From Elsinoe ampelina (lineage: Eukaryota): a stretch of 39,925 bases of DNA. Shown here piece by piece: positions 20,686 to 32,291 of this stretch (positions within the stretch are counted from its first letter, which is position 1; each line of letters starts with the position of its first letter). The translations under genes and the position numbers were made by a program. The notes under the pieces are model-generated. The model was not told the DNA's origin, searched no databases, and saw only the letters and a list, made by a program, of their open reading frames with translations. The DNA lies in the NCBI GenBank assembly GCA_010093995.1, contig ML992540.1, positions 1-39,925 of the forward strand. Reading direction: 5' to 3'.

Positions 20686-22215
20686 ATGTACTCGACCGAC
20701 GAGATCGAAGAACAGATCTCCCGACTCAAGCAGCAGATCACCGACACTGAGAGTCAGCTATCCAATCTCCACCTGCAGCTTCAACAGGCAGAGGCAAAAG
20801 CCCGCGCCGCACAGGATTTGGAGATCGCTCACCAAGGCGGTGTCCCTCATGCATGGCGACATGAAGCCTATGAGGTCTTTTCTCATCTATTCCCCACAGC
20901 CTTTGATCCACCCTCAGTGGGCACAAACAACTCCGGATCGTCACCAACCAACACGGATCGTCGTTGGCCATTGAGTGCCGATGATTACCGTCGTTATGGA
21001 CGTCAATTGATCGTGCCAGAGGTTGGTCTTCAAGGCCAGATCAGACTAAAGGCTTCCAAAGTCCTGGTCGTCGGTGCAGGTGGCCTAGGTTCCCCTGCCG
21101 CCGCCTATCTCGCAGGTGCCGGTGTTGGCAACCTCGGCATCATGGACGGCGATACTGTCGAATTGTCAAATCTCCACCGTCAAGTGGCGCACTCCACATC
21201 GCGGATAGGCAAGCCAAAAGTCGAGAGTGCCATTACCTACCTCAAGGAGCTCAACCCAAAGATCCGCTATATCCCACACGACCATCATCTCACACCCGAG
21301 GAAGCCGTCGACCTTTTCCAGCAGTACGACGTAATTCTCGACTGCACAGATCATCCAACCTCGAGATACCTCATATCGGATGCCTGTGTCCTTACCGGTC
21401 GACCACTTGTCTCGGCATCAGCGTTACGGACCGAAGGTCAACTTATAGTCCTTAACAACCCACCAAAGCCTCCAGGTGACACCACAGGTAGTCCCTGCTA
21501 TAGATGTATTTGGCCAACGCCCCCACCACCAGACACTGTTGTCAGCTGTGGCGAAGGTGGCATCCTCGGTCCTGTCGTCGGCGTCATGGGTGTCCTGCAA
21601 GCTCTAGAAGCAATCAAGGTCATCACATCGACACCAACGATCGACTCCCTCATGAACGGCCAAGACACACCTCCATCACTACCGACCCTCCACATGTTCT
21701 CCGCATACAACCAAACGCCATTCCGCAGCGTCCGCATCCGCGCCCGACGGAAAGATTGCGCCGCTTGCTCACCCACCGCCACCGTCAAGCTAGAATCCCT
21801 AACCTCGGGCTCGCTAGACTACATCGCTTTCTGCGGAGTCACAGAACCGGTCAACATACTCGAAAACTACGAGCGAGTCGACGCCTACGACTTGGCTCAA
21901 CACATCCCAGAAGAAGGCCAGAACATCTCCATCGTTGACGTGCGACCTTCATCGGAATTCGAGCTCTGCAAGATTGACGGCTCGATCAATATTCCATGGA
22001 CAGACTTTGCCAGCACCATCAAGCGCGCTCAACAGGAGCCGGCGCCATGGCTGAACAAGAAAAATGTAGTGCTAGTATGCAGAATGGGTAATGATTCTCA
22101 AAAGGCGGTAAGTATGATCAAGAACGCGGGTCTTGCAAAAGGGAATGTAGTCGATATGAGGGACGGGTTCCGAGCGTGGCGGCAGAAAGTGGACCCCTCC
22201 TGGCCAGACTACTGA
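20686..22215 (+). CDS. UBA4: Adenylyltransferase/sulfurtransferase Uba4 (MOCS3/CnxF): ThiF/MoeB domain plus rhodanese
   Basis: 'YRRYGRQLIVPEVG..GQ', 'VVGAGGLG', 'DGDTVELSNLHRQ', 'LDCTDHP..RYLISDAC', Zn pairs CYRC/CAAC, 'SCGEGGILGPVVG' and rhodanese active site 'VCRMGNDSQ'. Confidence 0.95.
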   Translation: MYSTDEIEEQISRLKQQITDTESQLSNLHLQLQQAEAKARAAQDLEIAHQGGVPHAWRHEAYEVFSHLFPTAFDPPSVGTNNSGSSPTNTDRRWPLSADDYRRYGRQLIVPEVGLQGQIRLKASKVLVVGAGGLGSPAAAYLAGAGVGNLGIMDGDTVELSNLHRQVAHSTSRIGKPKVESAITYLKELNPKIRYIPHDHHLTPEEAVDLFQQYDVILDCTDHPTSRYLISDACVLTGRPLVSASALRTEGQLIVLNNPPKPPGDTTGSPCYRCIWPTPPPPDTVVSCGEGGILGPVVGVMGVLQALEAIKVITSTPTIDSLMNGQDTPPSLPTLHMFSAYNQTPFRSVRIRARRKDCAACSPTATVKLESLTSGSLDYIAFCGVTEPVNILENYERVDAYDLAQHIPEEGQNISIVDVRPSSEFELCKIDGSINIPWTDFASTIKRAQQEPAPWLNKKNVVLVCRMGNDSQKAVSMIKNAGLAKGNVVDMRDGFRAWRQKVDPSWPDY

Positions 22216-22345
22216 GCCCCTCGCCGCTCTGTTCTGCATCACTGCTTGATGACGAGTCCATGACTGATGAGCAAAATTCATCCTTGTACATAATCAACCA
22301 CCTACAAATTCATCTACAACCACATCATCCCTGTCCACTCATTCC

Positions 22346-25300
22346 TCAAGCAGAAGCCTCCGCCTCCGCCTGCCTCCCCGCAATGCTCCCCCCTCTCCAC
22401 CCCTCTCTCGGATCCCTCACCCTCTCCCTCTCCACCACCTCCTCCCCCTTCCTCCCCCACCCTCCCCCACCAGGCGTACAAACCACAATCCTCTCCCCCT
22501 CTTTCATCGTCGCCGTATTCTTCCCCCCCAAACTAACCCACCTATAAACCCACCTCACCCCTTCCCCCGTCCTCTCATCCCTCTTCCCCTCCCCCTCCTT
22601 CACCCCCTCCCCATCTTCGAGGGGCACCTTCCGCACCCAATAATTCACCCCACACCCGCCATCCCCTCCCCCCTCCAGCCCATACGGCCTATACACCCTC
22701 CTCTCACTGAGGATACTAACCACCACCTCCCTCCTAAACTCCACATCCCTCACCACGCCCTCGCCCCCCCTCCACTTCCCCTCCCCACCACTCCCATCCC
22801 TCAGCCCAAACTCGCGCAAAACAACCGGGTACCGCCGCTCGAAAACCTCGGCGTCCGTGATCCGCGTGTTGGTCATGTGAGTGTGCACCCCGCTCTCGCC
22901 GTGCCATCCCTCCCCCGCACCGCTCCCGCCCGCGATGGTCTCGTAGTACCCGAACCCTCGCACCGCTTTCTCCCCGGACACGTTGCCGCCGAAGCCAAAG
23001 GTCAGATTGTTGCAGTCGCCTTGGCTGGCGGCCACGGCGTGGAACGCGCGCAGCACCACGTCCGTCACGCGTTGGCTGGTGAGGACGTTGCCGCCCACTA
23101 CGGCTGCGGTGGGGGAAGGGGAGAGGAACGAGCGAGGCGGGATGATGACTTTTATCGGGGCCAGACAGCCTTGGTTCAGTGGGATGTCCTGTGCGATCAG
23201 CGCGCGGAGACAGTAGATGATGGCCGAGTACGTGACTGCTTCCGGGGCGTTGGTGTTGGCGTACACCTCGCGGCCGGTGCCGGAGAAGTCGAACGTGGCT
23301 TCGCCGGCCGAGGCGTCGATGGTGATGGAGAGACGGATGGGGGAGCCGTCGTCCATGTGGTCTAGGGCGGTGAGGGGCCCGGGGAAGCGGGAGGCGACGG
23401 TGCGGAGGAGGTTGCGGACCGAGGTTTCGGCGTTGAGTTGGATGCCGCGCATGTAGAAGTCTACCACGGGGAGGGTGTATTCGGTGATGAGGGTGGAGAT
23501 GAGGTTGATGCCTTTTTGGTTGGCGGCGATCTGGGCTTTGAGGTCGTTGAGGTTGTCCGCGAGGCAGCGGGTGCCGGAACAGCCTGGGTGGCGGGCGGGT
23601 TCGCGGAGGAGGAGGTCGACGATGCGGTCTTCGTTGAAGTGGCCTTCGCTGACGAGTTTCTCGGATGCAATGGCTGCGCCTTCTTGGTAGAGCTCACGGG
23701 AGTGGGGTGGCATGCTGCCCGGTAGGATACCGCCAATGTCGGCGTGATGTGCTCGAGAGGCAACATAGAAGACAATCTTGTCGTCGGAGAAAGCTGGCGT
23801 GATGACTGTGATGTCCGGAAGGTGAGTGCCTCCGTACATCGGATGGTTCGATACTAGAACATCGCCACGCTTCAGCTTGCCACGCCAGATCTCGGACTGC
23901 TTCTTTACGCAGGTCGACATGCTGCCTAGATGGACTGGTAGATGGGGAGCTGGAGAAGAGGTCAGTCATATAAGTTGTGCTGAACAGCGGATAGCTTACC
24001 ATTAGCAACAAGTCCACCATCAGCATCGAACAAAGCGCAGGAGTAGTCCAACCGCTCCTTGACGTTCGTGCTGACACTGGTTTTTTGTAATGCTCGTCCC
24101 ATCTGCTCAGCAATGGCCATGAAGCGATGACCAAAGATGCTGAGCATGATTGGGTCAATCTTCTCCGTGTTGATCTTCTTGTCCGAGTCTTCACCTTCAT
24201 CTCCAATATCAATGACCACATGTGTGTGTAGTATCGAGGCAGATGCTCCAGGTGTTACAACGATAGTCTGTGTGCCGTCCGCAATGATAGCGGGACCACG
24301 GATCCGGTCACCGACTTCGAGCTCTTCAAGCTTGTAGATTGAAGTATCCTTTCGACCACCTTCAAAGTAGACCGAAGCTGTGCCGTGTACTTTCGTGTCT
24401 GTCGAGAGATTCTTGAGCTTGATCTCCTTGAGCTGTGTGTCCACTGTCTTTTCTTGGATCTGAAACGACCTGCCAATACCTCTGGCTCGGACATCATCGA
24501 CAATGATATCCCGATCCGGCAAGGTAAAACCAAACTCTTGCTCGTGCTGTTTGATGAATGCCTCGCCAAAAGCCCACTCGTCTCCGTTCGTCTCCTCCTT
24601 GCTGGGCTTGATGACCATCAATGCTGACTCGGTACCTCGATACCGCATGTTGAGATACTCCTCGAACTCAATCTTGTCTTCAGCGAAGCCCTGGTCTTTC
24701 AATCGCTGGGATGACCTTTTCTTCAACTCCTCCATCTTGACCTGAAGGTCCTTCACTGCATCCTTTCCCCAAACCCTCGACTCTGGCTCCTGCCGCTCAT
24801 CGACCACATCTGCCAACGCCATGCCGTACGCTGAAAGAACGGAAGAATATCTATGTACAAGAATTTGTTTGATGCCCAACGCCTCTGCTATGGCCACCGC
24901 ATGCTGTCCACCAGCACCGCCAAAAGTCGCAAGTCTATGTTTTGAAGTGTCGTGTCCTCGTGCCTCCGTCAATGATCGAATCGGTCGTGTCATGGTCTCG
25001 TTTGCAATCTTGATGAATCCGTACGCTACCTCATCCATTGACATTTTCTTCCCACCCGTGGCGTTGACTTGGCCTTCCTGGTCGGATGACACGTCATCGT
25101 TGATCTGCTTGGTGAGCTCTTCGAACAGCTTCTTGCTCGCTTCAATGTCCAAGCCCTCGTCCTCGTTCTTGCCAAAGATCTTTGGGAAGAACTCTGGCAG
25201 AAGCCTTCCAAGCACCAGATTCGCATCAGTGATCGTGAGAGGTCCACCCTTCCTGTAGCATGCTGGACCGGGGTGTGCGCTCGCCGATTCCGGACCTACA

Positions 25301-26526
25301 ACAAACAAGCCATTCTTGAAGAATAGTCTTGAGCCACCGCCTGCAGCGACTGTGTTGATGTCCAGTTGAGGAGATTGTATTGTGACACCTGCCGTTGTCG
25401 TTTCAAAGACATGTTCATATCTGCCTTCGCCATACCGACTGACATCCGTCGATGTGCCACCCATGTCAAATCCTATTACCGGCGTCTTTGTTTCTGGATC
25501 ATATGATGTGAGCGCATACCCGACCACGCCACCAGCAGGTCCAGACAAGATCGCTTTTAGCCCCGAGAATGAGTCCACATCGACAAGGCCGCCGTCTGAT
25601 TGCATGAATTCGCACCTCGCTCCCTTGCTGCCCTTTTCGTTCTTGACGCTTTCTGTGCCTAATCCGCCCTCAAATCCTGCCTGAAACCCATCGATGTACT
25701 TTCTGATCGCCGGCGTTAGATATGCGTCGGCGCAAGCACTCGTCGCTCTCGGTACAAGCTTGATCATGGGCATGAGCTCATGGCTCAGACTGACGTGCTT
25801 GAATCCGATGTCTTTCGCTATCCGACCTATTACTTTCTCATGGTTTGGGTACGTGTAGCCGTGTAATAAGCAGACCGCCACGCTTCTCAGCCCAGAGTCG
25901 TACACCTCCTGCAATTGCTTCTTCACCGCGCCTTCTTCTATGCGTTGTAGTATTCGGACAGCCTCTCCACTTAGGCCTTTGACCAAGTCGTCCTTCTCTT
26001 GTGCCTCCTCGAGCTTGACAGCATCCGTACTCGTCCTCTCCGGGTCCTCCGCATAGTCCTCGAGCGTCACTCTCTCTTCTATCTCCACTACCTTCTTGTA
26101 CAAAATCTCCGGTCTCCGCACTTCGAGGTCAAAGATTCTCGGTCGCGATTGGTTCCCTATCCGCAAGCAGTCCTTGAAGCCTTTTGTAACTACCAGAGCG
26201 ATATCCTCTCCTTTCCTTTCCAGTAAAGCATTGGTTGCTACTGTTGTGCCCATACGTATGCTCTCGATCTTGCTTGTGTCTAGAGGTTGACCTCGCGGTA
26301 TGTCCTGGCCCGTGAAGTGGGAGAGTAGTCTACGAATGCCCTCCAACGGCGCATCTTTGTAGTTCGAAGGGTCGTCGGAGAGGAGCTTGATGACTACGTC
26401 GTCTTTCATGAGCCCGCTGCCAGGGTTGCCCACGCAATCGGTAAAGGTTCCACCGCGGTCGATGGCGATTCGAATGCCACCCTGGCTGGGGCCTGTCGTG
26501 GAGGGCACATCGTTTGAGACTGTCAT
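22346..26526 (-). CDS. OXP1: 5-oxoprolinase (ATP-hydrolysing; fused hydantoinase A/B); exons 26526-24000 and 23949-22346
   Basis: '[11 protein letters not shown]', '[15 protein letters not shown]', 'SGPAGG', '[10 protein letters not shown]', '[13 protein letters not shown]', '[11 protein letters not shown]' and 'TPGGGGWG'. Intron GTAAGC..CTGAC..CAG (23950-23999) restores '[15 protein letters not shown]'. Confidence 0.96.
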
Positions 26527-26860
26527 CGTGTCGAGATCCAGGTTACACTGGAATGTCCAGATCGTGCTTGGAATAGAAACACATAGGAATTAGGGTAGGG
26601 AACTGCTTACCAACGTGCCCCGCTTGACCTTGGTGGGGGAAATCTAAGTTACTCAGGGCTGGTGACGTCCCACCCAAAGTGTCTGCCGAAATCGGAGGAA
26701 GGTCGGCCGAAGACATTGCGATATAGAGACCTCGAATAGGGACGGGATAAGTGAAGTAGATGAATGAGTGCCATCTATCTGGTATAACCATTCGCTCTGA
26801 CGCCAACTATGCAAACCCCTATACCGGAACCCCACCCCAAAATCCATCTCTCATAACCAC

Positions 26861-28507
26861 CTATCCCAACCAAGCCCAAAACTTGCCCCAAACCGTCGTC
26901 GGCACCTTCTCCTCCCAAACCATCTCCTCCACCTCCCTCCTCCCCGAATCCAGGTCCGCCTCTTCCGCCTTGACGAAGGGCTTCCTAAACAACGTCTTGT
27001 GCCCCACATACAAGACCACAAACAAAATCAACGAAATATAATACACAAAGAAATCACTCGTGCTCCACTCGACAAACACCTCGAACCCCTGCGTGAGGAT
27101 AATCAAAATGTTGAACACAACCCCATACCACGTGAACCACGGCTGGCCCCATGTAGTGTAAGGCAACGACTCCCTCGCCACCCCCTGCGCCTTACACGCC
27201 TTCATGAACGCGATATGCGAAACCCCGATGCACGTCCAGCTGACGAACCCCGCCACGCCGGTGATGCTGAGCAGCCAATTGAACACCTCCCCTCCGGACG
27301 CGGACTCGTTCATGAACCCCAACAACCCGAAGGCGGCGGTGAAGAGGACCGCGACGTAAGGCACGCCGGACGCGGTGGTGCGCTTGAGCATCGCAGGGGC
27401 GGAGCGTTCCTCTGCCAGGCCCACGAGAATGCGGCTGCCCGAGTAGACGTTGGAATTGGCGGCGGAGAGGACCACGCAGACGAGCACCGCGTTGATGATG
27501 CTGGGCAGGACCTTGACGCCTGCGAGGTCGGCGGCGATGACGAAGGGGGAGGCCGAGGCGTTGGTGTCGTCCGACGCGAGGCGTTCGTTGTCGCTTGGGA
27601 TGAGGAGGCCGATGAAGAAGACGGTCAGGACGTAGAAGAAGATGATGCGGTAAAAGGTCTTTTTGATGGCTGCGGGGACGGTTTTGCGGGGGTTGGTGGT
27701 CTCGCCTGCTGCGATGCCGACGAGTTCGGTGCCTTGGTAGGAGAAGCCTGCGGTTATCATTACGGACCAGAGGGAGACGAATTTGCCGAGGGAGGGGGAG
27801 TTGGGGACGAGAGGGGAGGGGTTGAATGCGCCGGGGGTCTTCCAGGTGTCGAAGCCGAGGTAGCCGTTTTGGCCGGCGCCGGCGTCGATGCAGATGGCGA
27901 AGATCATGAAGCCGATGACGGTGATGACTTTGATGCTGGCGAAGTAGAATTCGACTTCCCCGTAGGTGGAGACGGGGAGCATGTTGAGGCCGGTGATGAG
28001 GATCCAGAAGACACCGATGAAGATGCCGACGTTGAGCGAGGGTGCCCACCATTGAATGATGAGGCCAGACGCGGTGAGTTCGAGAGCGAAAGTGATGGCC
28101 CAGGAGAACCAGTAGATCCATCCCATGGCGAAACCCAAGCTGGGATCGACGAAGCGGGATGCGTATGCGGTAAAGGCTCCAGAGACGGGGATGTAGGTTG
28201 CCATTTCACCGAGGGCGACCATGACGCTGTAGACGAGAGTGCCCACGAAGGCGTATGCAATGAGGGTACCAGCTGGACCAGCTGTGGCTAACGCGCCTCC
28301 AGAACCGATGAACAGACCAGTACCGATTGTGCCACCAATGGCAATCATTTGAAGATGTCGAGACTTGAGACGACGTTGGAGCTGTGCTGATTTGCCCACG
28401 CCATGATCGATGGCCTTTTCGACATCGCTGCCGTCGAGGCTCGTCGCCTTGGGCTTCTCCGTGATAGGCTGCTGGTTTACATTCACGATCTTCTGGTTCG
28501 AAGCCAT
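26861..28507 (-). CDS. Amino acid permease (APC superfamily, YAT family)
   Basis: 'LQRRLKSRHLQMIAIGGTIGTGLFIGSG', 'GEMAT', 'YGEVEFYFASIK', 'FSYQGTELVGIAAGE..NPRK' and 'ADLDSGRRE', with ~12 hydrophobic segments. First ATG at 28507 (28543 is GTG). Substrate not assignable by eye. Confidence 0.93.
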   Translation of the reverse strand: MASNQKIVNVNQQPITEKPKATSLDGSDVEKAIDHGVGKSAQLQRRLKSRHLQMIAIGGTIGTGLFIGSGGALATAGPAGTLIAYAFVGTLVYSVMVALGEMATYIPVSGAFTAYASRFVDPSLGFAMGWIYWFSWAITFALELTASGLIIQWWAPSLNVGIFIGVFWILITGLNMLPVSTYGEVEFYFASIKVITVIGFMIFAICIDAGAGQNGYLGFDTWKTPGAFNPSPLVPNSPSLGKFVSLWSVMITAGFSYQGTELVGIAAGETTNPRKTVPAAIKKTFYRIIFFYVLTVFFIGLLIPSDNERLASDDTNASASPFVIAADLAGVKVLPSIINAVLVCVVLSAANSNVYSGSRILVGLAEERSAPAMLKRTTASGVPYVAVLFTAAFGLLGFMNESASGGEVFNWLLSITGVAGFVSWTCIGVSHIAFMKACKAQGVARESLPYTTWGQPWFTWYGVVFNILIILTQGFEVFVEWSTSDFFVYYISLILFVVLYVGHKTLFRKPFVKAEEADLDSGRREVEEMVWEEKVPTTVWGKFWAWLG

Positions 28508-28977
28508 GATGTCCGATTCAGAAACACAAACGTGGTAGGTCACTGAACTTTTGTGAAGAAATGATCGCTAACAGCAGGAAGAGGCGAAGGTAAGAAAGCA
28601 AGACTGGTTGTAAAACGACCTACTCGAGCAAACCTGCCATTAGCGGTTATTTGTACGTAAACCCATGTGGCACTCCATTGGGGATCTGACGGTCCCAACA
28701 TGCGGTGCTGGGATGCCGTTTGGGAAAACTTTGTGGTACAGATAGAAATTTTCGGAGTCATCAAGGGAGGAACCCTTGAACAGTGCCATCGCAGCGCGGC
28801 GCTTTTCCGGGCTTTGTGGCGGCAAACAGCGGCCAGCTCGGGCTTTGAGAAACAGCGAGAGCGGGGCTCAAGCTTCAGGACAAGCTTTGATTTTTGCTCA
28901 GTGGCTGATTTTCGACTCTCATTCTTCCCTTGTCCGAATTCCGTCTGCTGATAGGTTACAGTAATGGCTACGGCATT

Positions 28978-30042
28978 CTACACAAACATATTTACAGATG
29001 TCATGGCCGTGGCCTTGGTATTCGGCCATGTCTTCCAGTCTGCCTGGAACAGAGTCGCTGATTCACAAGCACTCCCGAGGGCTGTATTGTTCACGAAACC
29101 CGGCTCAAAATAGTAGACACCAGCACCGAGCCCATTCGGCACGGCCTGCACTGTCTTGACAACCGACTGGACCCATTGCTTCTGTCCAGCAGTAGTCAAA
29201 GGGAAGTTGGCGCTCATGGTCTTGCCCGAGCAAGCTGTCGGCCAATTGGTCTCTACCACGTACAGAGGCTTCTTGTAAGTGCTGGCCAGGGTGTTCAAAC
29301 TCTTTTGCAGGTTGCTCGTGGTTGCGCCCGACCCGAAGAATGGGTAGAAAGAGAAACCCAAAGCATCGACGTCTGAAGTCTTGACCTTGCCGGTCCCGAA
29401 AAAGCCCTTGAACCACCATGTCATCGTGCCCTGGTCCCACCCATTGTCGAGGTGGACCATAACCTGGGGTTTCTTGACACCAGCGCTGGTAGCGTCGTTT
29501 ACACCCGCTCGAGCCGCGGCCCACAATGTTGCTACATTGTTGAAGTCGTCGTTGTTGATCTTGCCTAGTGGGAACAGCATGCCTGAACGGATCTCATTGC
29601 CGAGAGAGATCATGGACAAATCGACTCCGCCGGCGTGGAAGGCCTTGAGGGTTGAGCTGACATGGTTGCGAACCGACGTGCTGAGACTCGAGATGGATGT
29701 GGTTGACCAGCCAGATGGAGTGAGTTGATGGGCTGGGTCTGCCCATGTCGAAGATAGATGAAAGTCGAGGAAGATTTTATATCCTTGCTTTGAGAATCGC
29801 TGAGCAAGGGGTAGGACATAATTGACGCCATACTGGCTCCCAGTCCATAGTCGCAAACGAATCGAGTCCATACCATTCGCACCAAGTATGGCTTCGATGG
29901 ACTGTTTTTGCCCGTTTGTGTTGTACCATGTCACGCGCTCTGCTTGCTCCATGGCTGCAGTAGATGACAGATCGAATCCTTTGCTAAAGGCATTGGCGCC
30001 CAAGGTCACGCTGAGCAGCGTGATGACCGTACTGAACCACAT
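28978..30042 (-). CDS. Secreted GH53 endo-beta-1,4-galactanase
   Basis: Signal peptide MWFSTVITLLSVTLGANA; 'KGFDLSS', 'IRLRLW', 'LDFHLSSTWADPAHQ..P..W', acid/base 'SLGNEI', 'HLDNGW', 'SFYPF' and nucleophile 'VVETNWP'. Confidence 0.92.
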   Translation of the reverse strand: MWFSTVITLLSVTLGANAFSKGFDLSSTAAMEQAERVTWYNTNGQKQSIEAILGANGMDSIRLRLWTGSQYGVNYVLPLAQRFSKQGYKIFLDFHLSSTWADPAHQLTPSGWSTTSISSLSTSVRNHVSSTLKAFHAGGVDLSMISLGNEIRSGMLFPLGKINNDDFNNVATLWAAARAGVNDATSAGVKKPQVMVHLDNGWDQGTMTWWFKGFFGTGKVKTSDVDALGFSFYPFFGSGATTSNLQKSLNTLASTYKKPLYVVETNWPTACSGKTMSANFPLTTAGQKQWVQSVVKTVQAVPNGLGAGVYYFEPGFVNNTALGSACESATLFQADWKTWPNTKATAMTSVNMFV

Positions 30043-31046
30043 GGCTATGAACGATGGGATCTTCTGGAAAGCAGGGCAGAGGGGGGATAGGGCATAGGGC
30101 ATGAACGCAACTCATACCTATCTGAGTCTCCACTCAAACAGACTTTCGCGACCATGGCAGCTGACGTGAAACAACATTGATCACAAATACTCGTACTATA
30201 CCTTTGTGGTGAAGAGATGGAGTCGGAGTCGCGCCAGGCGAAATGAAAGGACTCGATTTGCGATTCAGGGATCCCGCACAAAGCCAGCGCATGCTTTCCA
30301 CTAAAATCCTGCCCAGAGCGCATTTCAACGTGGACCTCATCTCATCTTCCGTCATTTCCTTTCATCTCAAAAAGATACGGTCTTCATCCCACCGGTCACA
30401 TGAGCTGTTTTGTACCCGATTGATCGCCTCATAGCCTCGGAGGCATCACAAGGTCCAACACACAGCTCCATAAGGGGTCCCTCCGACATGCTCCGTCACT
30501 ACGTACCAGACACACAGTTCGAGCAGGCCTCACATAGGTTCTCCGGGCAGAATGTCCTCCAAGTCAATGACGATCCATCTGCGCCATCTCCACAGTTTCA
30601 TTCTTGCCTTTTTGGTCAAGATGATTTCAACGCCAACATGTGCTTGTGGACACATAGCTGGAGAATGCAGTCTGTCTTGACTGATGACGAGTGCTCTCGT
30701 GAGCCACGCTTGAATGAGAGGTGAACGTGATAGGCCAGTCCATCAGAGCTGTTGAAGCCAGGTCATTCCAACCCTCTTCTGTACAGACTCATTCGGCCCT
30801 GAATGACCACGACCATCGAAGCCGTCTTCCTCGTATCTTGGCTGCGCCTCTTCGAGACCCGCCATACTATGCTTCAACAGAACCAAGGACATGATCGAGG
30901 TTGAGCAATCACACTACGCAAGGGACAAGGTTGAAAGCCAGATTAGGCAAAGGGATAACGCATCACAGCGGTGAGGAAAGAACTATTTCATGATCTACTA
31001 ATGGCGCTGCAAATATCCACAGTGCCCAAAGTGGACCTCGCCGGCG

Positions 31047-31590
31047 TTAACCTAGGATATCCTCCTCTGCCGCGTCGGCACGATCCTGCTTGAAAACATT
31101 GATCGAATCCCCTGGACCGGCCTTATAAATGACTTGATGCTGGCCAGGACCGAGCGCCACGGCCGCCTGAAACAAATGCTTGGTGTAGTCTCGGAAACCG
31201 ATTCTGAAGGAGGGAGGAGGCGGAGGACCGCGTCCGTTGGGCTCCCAGTAGAATATGGCGCGGTTGACGGCGAGGTCGAAGTACATATAGATCAAGACGG
31301 ATATGCCGTTGATGGTGGCGCGGTAGAAAGTACCCGTGTCAGAGCTCAGTGATTTGGTGAAGGTCCGCTTGTGCAGGGCGGGAACGAGGGCTGGAGTGGC
31401 CTCTGAATGAAGGAGGGAGCCGGTACCAGCTTCTGTCACTAGATCAGCTTGTATGCTGCTTGTCGTGGTGATCTGGGAATGTACCTTGACCAGCTGCGAT
31501 TGCGAGGTCCATCGAGGAGCCTGCCTCGACTGGAGCAGCTGAGGCAATGGCTGCAAGAGCGAAAGTGAGAGACGCAGCTGCGAAGCGCAT
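31047..31590 (-). CDS. Small secreted protein with Kex2-type pro-domain (~165 aa; exons 31590-31485 and 31438-31047)
   Basis: Signal peptide MRFAAASLTFALAAIASA-AP. The 46-nt intron GTACAT..CTGAT..TAG (31439-31484) joins in frame to the ORF ending at 31047. Contains 'LHKR' dibasic site. Confidence 0.8.
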
Positions 31591-32291
31591 GTCGAAGGTG
31601 GTATGGTAATGAGAAGGCGGAGAAAAGATTGGTGTGGTGATCACGTCCTTTTAGCGAGAGACGAGAGATCATTTACAGCCTTGAGCACTTTGTGCTACAC
31701 GGAACATTTCTCCTCGAATGCTTACCGTCCACCAAAGCAGACACCTGTAATTTTCAGAAGTGAGGGCTTCATCCATTGCACGATCAAGTCGTACCCTATC
31801 TGGATAACCAGGAATAGATATGACTTCGTATACACCAACCAGGGCTGTGGACTCACGTGACCTTGTCTTGGCAAAATCCTAATCCACCTGGAATATGACA
31901 TTTCCATACTCGAGCCTGCCATGAAGAATACCGCAACCCATTCTCAGGACTCCAGCATCGGCCTGGCCTTTAGTGGGAAAAGCAAGTGCCTCACGCTGGA
32001 CTAATTTGCGCCACCACAGTCCCGCAGTGGCAAAACCCTCCCTCTGTCAGAACCTTCCCGTCGCCACATTCGAGTGTTTCGCGACCCTAACAGTGTCCAT
32101 TCCGGATAGCGTTACCGCAAACCTACAGTCGCTGGTATGAGCATCCATAGTCACTTTCAGGACATTTGCACCCGTTCATCTCCACGCGACCGGATACGAG
32201 CAAGCATGGAATTAAAATGTGACATGGAGCTCATTCCATTGGCCGTGACGCCCTGCAAACTTTTCCAGACGAGGTCGTCGCTGTTCTTTTT

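Noticed and set aside
26999..28291. 430-aa + strand ORF antisense to the amino-acid permease
   Set aside because: Shadow ORF caused by strong third-position C/G bias of the real gene; no recognisable motifs.
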